Below, in pieces: positions 37,617-64,000 of a DNA stretch of 64,000 nucleotides. This stretch comes from Amoebidium appalachense (lineage: Eukaryota; Protista; Ichthyosporea): positions 4,443,264 through 4,507,263 of the forward strand of contig CAVNZM010000006.1 in the NCBI GenBank assembly GCA_963693365.1. The letters run 5' to 3'. The notes under the pieces were generated by a model. The model searched no databases, had not been told where the DNA came from, and saw nothing but the letters and a program-made list of their open reading frames with translations. Positions within the stretch are counted from its first letter, which is position 1. Each line of letters opens with the position of its first letter. The position numbers and the translations under genes were made by a program.

Positions 37617-37685
<69 letters not shown>

Positions 37686-37698
37686 CGCACGCACGCAG

Positions 37699-37742
<44 letters not shown>

Positions 37743-38286
37743 ACACACACACACACACGTACACACACATGCTCACACACATCTAAGCATGTGAAGTAAC
37801 TCGCTAACTTATTTATTTAAAGACGGTCCTATAAATACAACACATACCTGATACATGCCTGCTTGCGCACATTCATCCCAGAAGCACATTCACCTGGACC
37901 AAGGCAAAGATTTGAAATACCTACCAACACAGACAAGCAGGCAAACGCACACATGCCGCCGCAGATACATTTCACAACACACGAGCGTTGACATCAGATC
38001 TAGAACACTGGCATGTACGTAAAGGAGTGCACACGAATGCAAATGTAGACCCTCATACTCACTCACACCTGCCTGCCTGCCCACGGTGCCTGCATACGTC
38101 CACCTCAACACACATGTATATACGGCCTGGCACACTTGGCCGCACAATCGATTCATTCATTAACACCGGGAATCAACTATTGTTCATCTACACTTCAAAA
38201 CTAATCTCTGCTCGGTATACATGTATGGACACAAGAGGGCCTTGAACTTTCCAAAACAATGGACCGTGTGCCATGAACGGGCTTTT

Positions 38287-38317
<31 letters not shown>

Positions 38318-38369
38318 GAAGAGTAATCACAACAGAGGAGAGGACGGTGGATAGTTGGGTGGTGGTGGT

Positions 38370-38409
<40 letters not shown>

Positions 38410-39010
38410 GGGTAGCGGTAGAATTTAGTAAATGAGCACTAAGTACATAGCACCTGCTATGCAGTTATAACGGACAGCAAATCATAACGAACAAGGCTAT
38501 GCAGAGGGCAAAGTACACACGACGCCCGGGGGAGGACTTCGTTTTTTCATGAACATGGGTCATTTTAAAGGTGTGGCATGATGGCAGCAACAACGACAAG
38601 AATACAAAAAACGAGGAGTGAATTCTCGCGTGATTCCTGGGTTGTACATCACAGGAAGACCCACCGTTTGTTCGAGTATGCATGTACTCAAACCACAATC
38701 ACAGCAAATATACATGCACTTGTGCCTTTTTATTAATTGTGCTTCTGCTCTGGCCACAAAAATCCACTTACACCCGGACTTTCTGTGAACGAATAAGGCG
38801 AAAAACATCAAATCCGAATTTTCTTTCAACACAAGGAAGGAGTCTACTGTCGGCGAAACGGCACCATATATATATATACAGAACTAAACCAAAACAACAC
38901 TACCAACCATTTCAATCTCAAACCGGCAAACGAATCCCGCCTACAATCAACAACACAAACCTCTTATATATCGGATTATTAATAGCTCGGTGATTTCTAA
39001 CTCTACATTT

Positions 39011-53720
<14,710 letters not shown>

Positions 53721-54622
53721 GATGTCGGCAAACTCCACACACTAAAATGTAGCATAAAGAGCTAACCTTCCTTCTGTTATGCGTTCTAAACACCTACTAA
53801 AAAAGACGAAAACGCATGTTCTACTAATACTCGAAGAGCCCTCAAGAGCAGTCATGATCAAGAAGCATGCGTGTGCGTGTGTGCGCTGTTGCCAAGCTTG
53901 CAGCTAATCTTCTTGTGGCAGACACCATGACTTTTAAAAGATTACAATACTATAACAATTTAATATACGCTCTAATCCAACACAAAGCCAATAATAAGGT
54001 GTATTTAGTGATGGTAAGGTCTAGGGTATTGCCGTAACGGCCCTTCACAGCCCAAAAAAACTTCAAAATTTGGGCTCTGTGTTCATGTGTGGTGTGTTGT
54101 GCAAAACGTTAACAGGAGAGAGAGGACACCCCCCCACCCCCCCCCTCCCCCCTCTCTCTCCTCCCCACCCCTCTCCCCTAATGTTTTGAGCTCTTCTACT
54201 CCCGGCCCCCGTCCCTACAGTAGCCTTGTCTATACCTGGAATCGTGTGCCTCAGAGGTTTTTATTGGCTCATTATTGTCCTTCTCGTTACGTATATGCAC
54301 ACCATTTAGAACGCCTCTATGAAATATGCTTCAAGATGTTATGACACCTATGTGGTAGACAGCTACGCTGTCATGTATCAAGATGTCGCGTTTCTAGTGC
54401 TTACAAGCATACCGACAGCCGTTGCTGGGCTCCATTCATGCAAAAAACAAAACACTTGAAAAATTACAAGAAAAAAGACCTAATTATGCTGCTGGACAAA
54501 CAAAAGCCCGCATCCACTAACTTTTGTTCACGTCTCCCACTTTCCTATTCTGAGCAACTGCCACACCTTCATACCAAAAGCATAGCCGGCCAACAGCTAA
54601 TTTGTCTCTAAAACAAGTCTTT

Positions 54623-55395
54623 TCATTCTTGGTCTGCCGTATACTTGTTAATAATATAGTCGATGAATTCGGCAGCCTCAATCTCCTCAGGAGTCCCGCC
54701 TGCCATATTAGGAAAGAGGGTTAGTTCCTACGTCACCTTCTTGACAACCCAAAACATCGTCAATCAAACACACTCTCCAAAGGAACAACTATTGTTCAAG
54801 AGTACAAAAGGCTAAAGAAGATCACAGGACTAGAGAAAGACATGGGACACGTGTTAAGTCTGTGTGTCAGTGAGTGTGTGTGTGTTTGGCGAGTGGTAAA
54901 TTGGTTGGCTACCTGCCTGGCTGACTGGGAGAAGGGAGGGAGGGGGGAGGAGGAGGAGGAGGGAGGGAGGGGGGGGGGGGGGAGGGGGGGGATATACCAT
55001 CAACACCAGGGAGAATATGCAGAAGTGAACAGTCCGGTTGGTTTTGGCATGTGCCTGGAAAGTGCATAAATATGTCAGTAACGATAAACCCTCTGCATCC
55101 CCCCCCCCCCCCCCCCCCCCCCCCTCCTCCACCCACCCACCCACCCACCCACAAAAAAAAAAAAAAAAAAAAAAAAAAAACGTCCTACGCCTGCGCTGCC
55201 CGTCCCCCCCCCCCCCCCACCCCCTCCTCCTCCATTCCTCCTCCTCCCCCATGCCAGCCCTGCCGTCCCCCCCCCCCCCCCCCAACTCTGCAGGATTGCC
55301 CTGCCCTCCCCCCCCCCCCCCCCCCCCCCGGGGGGCCGCCCCCCTCCCCCCCCCCTCTCCCCCCCACCCACCTCTGCCCCTCCCTCCCCCCCTCC

Positions 55396-55443
<48 letters not shown>

Positions 55444-55953
55444 CGGCCCTGTCGAAATATAAAGGTAAATCCTCCTTATTTCTGTTTCGACACAGTAGCA
55501 CCAAGGTCATATGCACGAACCTGTTTCGGTGAACTGGTAGCACAAAGCCCTCCCCTGCCTGTGACCTTCTCGCACTGTGCAGCCTCAGGGTCAGAACACA
55601 ATGCCAGAGGGTAGAGGGGGAGAGACGGAGGGAGGGAAGGAGGTGCAACAGGGGGTACGGGTAGGTGGTGGGTGGTTGGTTGGCTCAGGGACAAGAGGGA
55701 AGGGGACCGGGGGGGGAAGAGGGGGAAGAGGGGGGAGGGAGGGGGGGGGGGGGGACATGCACCATTGTTGCATAGCACCAAGCCTTGCCGTGCAACAGCA
55801 CAAGACACACACACACCGAAATAAAGACCTGGGGGAGGAGTGGAGGAGGGGGCAGGCCCTGGGAGGGAGAGGGCGGAGGCCGGGGGGGGAGGGGAGGGGG
55901 ATAGGGATAATAAAGGGAAGAAGAGAGGGGGGGGGGGGGGGGAGGGGCGGAGG

Positions 55954-55995
<42 letters not shown>

Positions 55996-56668
55996 GGGAG
56001 GGAGGGAGGGAGGGAGGGAGGGAGGGAGGGAGTAAGAGAGAGGCAATAAGAAATGATCAATATGGGTGTCTGAGTATACTCGGTGCCTACATGTTTTGTG
56101 TGTGTGCTAAACTGAGCCACATTCGCACCTGCTGGCCTGCGGACAGGGTTAGAAAGAACGAGAGAGAGAGGGAGGGACAGAGATCTAGAAAGGACAGCAA
56201 GACAGAGGAAGAGGGGAAGAAGGTCCGATGGAGAGAGGAAGGGGAGCGGGGAGGGAGAAGGGAAGGGAAGGGTGGAGGGGGAGGGGGGGGGCGGCGGAGG
56301 AGGAGGACAGAGAGAGAAATGCAAAGAGAGCGGTTGGGGGATGTATGTAATCGTAGAAGGTGATTGTCTGAGGGCCGTGGAGCAGCACAGGGCCTCATTT
56401 GCTTTTTTTTTTTTTTTTTTTTTTTTTTTGGGGGGGGGGGGGGGGGGGGCAGGGAGAATGCCATGCCATCTGAGGACAAATAATAGCAAGAGGAAAATAC
56501 TGGTCGCAGGGAGGGCACGGAGCAAAACAAGTACAACCCACCCTTGAAAGAACCGTAATGCATCCTCATCTGAACTGCGTGCTTGGTTGATTTTCGGTGA
56601 CGGCGACGAGAGCTGGGGTTGTCCAAAAAGGAAACATTGCAGTGATCACAGTGGAACTTGCGTCCCAT
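54623..56668 (-). CDS. ZMAT5: Zinc finger matrin-type protein 5 (U11/U12 snRNP 20K) homologue, 4 exons
   Basis: Exons 56668-56542, 55574-55521, 55054-54998, 54699-54623, all with phase-1 junctions. Protein: MGRKFHCDHCNVSFLDNPSSRRRHRKSTKH (U1C/matrin finger) ... CYQFTETGTCQNQPDCSLLH (CCCH finger) ... DQE*. Confidence 0.8.
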
Positions 56669-57006
56669 GTTCGCCACATGTACACTACACTAGCCAGCGG
56701 GCAGCAATAGATGTAGGAACAACGATTTAATGTGGTAGGTACAAATACAACTGTCTGTGAATAGTAGACTGGCCAGTGTCTGAAGTGGTAAACAAACTTC
56801 GAACTCCGAACTTGAGCCTGTGAAACTTCACTAAAACTGCAAGCTTCAACACCATGGTTGGTCTGCTACCTTCGGAGGTAGCTCTTATTTTTCAAGGAGA
56901 CGCGGCCGATACGGAGAGCGTCTGATCACGTGACTCACCTACCTGGCAACCTTACAAACTAGCCAGCGTCGATTATGTATTTATCGTAATCGTACATCGG
57001 CTAGCC

Positions 57007-57681
57007 GCTATGACCCCGCAATGGGCGGATGCTGCAGAACACATTAGTTAGTGACATGTAAATGCCGCGATGTGATTGGCTGATGCAGCATCCCGGGCGG
57101 CAACAGGGTAAAAAGGCTGCCAATCATATTTATGCACAGTTCGAAACAAAAATGTTGACCGCATCTCGTTGACTGCAGTTTCCTGTATACGTAGGCTCGT
57201 TGTTAACTTGTCTCTTGCGCTAAAACAAACGAAGCTTAGGCTATAGGAGTTTGCCAGTTATAAAGTTTTTTTTTCCTTTTTTTTTTCCCGGCCCGCGGTG
57301 CGCATGCGCTGCCGCCGCGCGAGCGGTGACATGTCACCCCCGATATTTAATGGCTGGCAATGGATTGGAAACAAATCACTAATATTAAATCGGCTAAACA
57401 TTCCTAAAATTGAACAATCCAATCAAGCAGCGCTACAAGGAGTTGCAAAAACTTTCGGGAGCCATGACGATGGCGTCATACGCTTTGGGGTTTACGCTGT
57501 TTACTCGAGGCAAAGAGAACCAGTCTCAGGTATGGGGGGGGGGGGTTTGCTCGGAATATCCCCTCAGCGGTATATCATGATCACGTACATAGATGTCGGG
57601 TGGTGACTATATATCAGGGTTTACTTTCTCTACGAGACACCATAAAGACTACAAGGAGAAATCAATTAGTTGGGGTTCCCC

Positions 57682-57737
<56 letters not shown>

Positions 57738-57769
57738 GGGCTCCCCTCGGGACACTCGGTATCAGCTGG

Positions 57770-57824
<55 letters not shown>

Positions 57825-58264
57825 TGTGTGTGTGTGCGCGTGCGCTATAATTTTGTAGTGATGTGTTTCTCAAGCCAATCAATACATCTAATAAACAGGT
57901 CGTAGTTACGCGTGTTTAGTATAAAATCAAGGATGTTGTAATTTACAGGTAGGCTATCTTTCTGGGTGTCTGTTGTGAATGTGACGTGTGTGTGTTGCGG
58001 TATTATGTGGTCTATCAAACTACATTTGGCGATACATGACCGGTTAAACTGGTGTGTGTGTGTGTTGTTTGGGCATGCAAATGATGCCACCTTATACTTA
58101 TTAGATCTCCACTGTATAGCACGTGTACAGTAAAAGCGTGGTAATTGATCAATAATACCATCAGCTAGAGAAAGACCAGTTCTACAGGAAGGTAATATGT
58201 ATTTAGGTGTTATACGCTTTCAAGCCTACTTATCTGCCACATCCGCCCATTGCGGGGTCATAGC
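57007..58264. mobile_element. Putative non-autonomous TIR element (25-bp perfect inverted ends) carrying a nested LINE fragment
   Basis: GCTATGACCCCGCAATGGGCGGATG at 57007-57031 and its exact reverse complement at 58240-58264; no TSD seen. Confidence 0.55.
57487..58211 (-). mobile_element. 5'-truncated LINE copy with a 9-bp TSD
   Basis: Homologous to 34389-35076; flanked by ATACGCTTT at 57478-57486 and 58212-58220. Confidence 0.88.
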
Positions 58265-58399
58265 CTGAGGTGGTCGTCAGAGTAGGTAGGAGGCCTTGAG
58301 CACAGCCGGATTTCTCGAGGACCACGCCTTGAGTTGGTCCGCGGCTATGCAAGCTGGAGTGGGCGGTGAGCCACAGTGACGTGATTTCTTAAGATTTAT

Positions 58400-58795
58400 T
58401 GCCAAATAAATATGGCACTCGCAAATGTGTAACACCTAATAAATACATATTACTTCCTGCCTGTAGAATTGGTCTTTCTCTAGCTGATGGTATTATTGAT
58501 CACTTACCGCGCTTTTACTGTACACGGTCTATACAGTGGAGATCTAATAAGTATAAGGTGGCATCGTTTGCATGCCCAAACAATACACACACACACCTCA
58601 TGTATCGCCAAATGTAGTTTGATAGACCACATAATACCGCAACACACACACGACACATTCACAACAGACAACCAGAAAGATAGCCTACCTGAAAATTACA
58701 TTATCCTTGATTTTATACTAAACACACGTAACTATGACCTGTTTATAAATGTATACGTATTGATTGGCTTGAGAAACACATCATTACAAAATTCT

Positions 58796-58893
<98 letters not shown>

Positions 58894-59117
58894 CCAGCTG
58901 ATACTGAGTGTCCCAGGGGAGCCCGGAAAAGAAAAGGAAAAAAAAAAAAAAAAAAAAAAAATCGGGGAACCCAACTATTTGATTTTTCTTAGTCTTTATG
59001 GTGCCTCGTAGAGAAAGTAAACCCTGATATATAATCATCACCCGACATTATGTACTTGATCATGACATACCGCTGAGCGGATCACTCCGAGCAAGAGCCC
59101 CCCATGCCTCGGTAAAC
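58400..59117 (+). mobile_element. 5'-truncated, more diverged LINE copy in the opposite orientation
   Basis: Reverse complement of about 34400-35103; 3' end partly deleted; no clear TSD. Confidence 0.85.
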
Positions 59118-59680
59118 TTTTTTCATAAATAGCCGCTATTATGACGTCATGGTGCGATATGAAGTCTGCCCCACCGCTGACGTCACCCTGGGCCTTGGTG
59201 AAGCCCCCTTCATTTTTCTTTTTTCACGGTCACTGTCACCAACTTTCATGAACAAGCCATGCCTTGCAGGGTTTATTGCGTTAATCATTTTTGAGTATGA
59301 GTAGCAAGTAGTTCGTTCTCTATTTTTTGTACTCTAGTGAATATAGCAACCTGCTGGAGGGGTTTGTTTTCATTCAGGGAGCAACGACGCAGATGTGAGC
59401 AACAACGTGCCTTTCTTTCGGCCGAGATCTTTAGAAAAAGAGTTCAAGTATTGTAGTCTTCAGAAGGGAAGAAACCTATATTTTTTAACAGAGAAAGAGA
59501 AAGAGAAGCTTTCCCTCGTAGAATCGAAACGTTACTCCAAACCTCCACGCCATCGGCTCTCTTCGGGGCTAGGCTTACTACCTGCACGCCCAAAGCACAT
59601 CGCCGCACTCATCTCATTCGAGTGCTCCCAAACAAATCACATTTCGCGGCGCCCACCCCTTTCCCTTCAACATTTCGACA

Positions 59681-63887
<4,207 letters not shown>

Positions 63888-63923
63888 GTGCATTTGTGTG
63901 TGTGTGTAGGATGCGCGCCTACA

Positions 63924-63969
<46 letters not shown>

Positions 63970-64000
63970 GAGGGGGGGGGGGGAGGGGGGGGAGAAGAGA

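Noticed and set aside
56864-56881. GCTACCT-TCGG-AGGTAGC hairpin
   Set aside because: A 7-bp stem is expected by chance; intrinsic terminators do not apply to this eukaryotic context.

Overview
Intron-rich eukaryotic DNA; the gene content suggests an opisthokont, possibly a unicellular holozoan, but that is inference. Introns and intergenic DNA are full of poly-G/poly-C, (CA)/(GT), (GA) and poly-A/T tracts, so most ORFs in the supplied track are artefacts. Manual splicing recovers a NAPE-PLD gene (+, 12 exons, one GC-AG intron), a GLD-2/TENT-type nucleotidyltransferase with an N-terminal RS/RD domain and a C-terminal Gly-Pro-Met tail (-), ZMAT5/U11-U12-20K (-), a partial VPS28 (+) and a probable BEN-domain gene (-). 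There is also an intronless type-I membrane protein and an inverted pair of Cys-rich/Thr-rich secreted-protein genes. Mobile DNA comprises a complete split-direct-repeat tyrosine-recombinase retrotransposon (Ngaro/PAT-like, 5049-10693), the 5' end of a second copy (1-518), four copies of a LINE family with 9-bp TSDs and no poly(A) tail, MITE-like elements, and an intronic repeat found only in the sense orientation. The most notable observations are: the BEN gene lies exactly between the A end of one element and the B end of the next, as if integrated at the element's circle junction; the element's recombinase ORF appears to need splicing; exon ends and splice signals are repeatedly echoed by local tandem duplication; and introns follow a donor-poly(C) / (CA)n-acceptor pattern.
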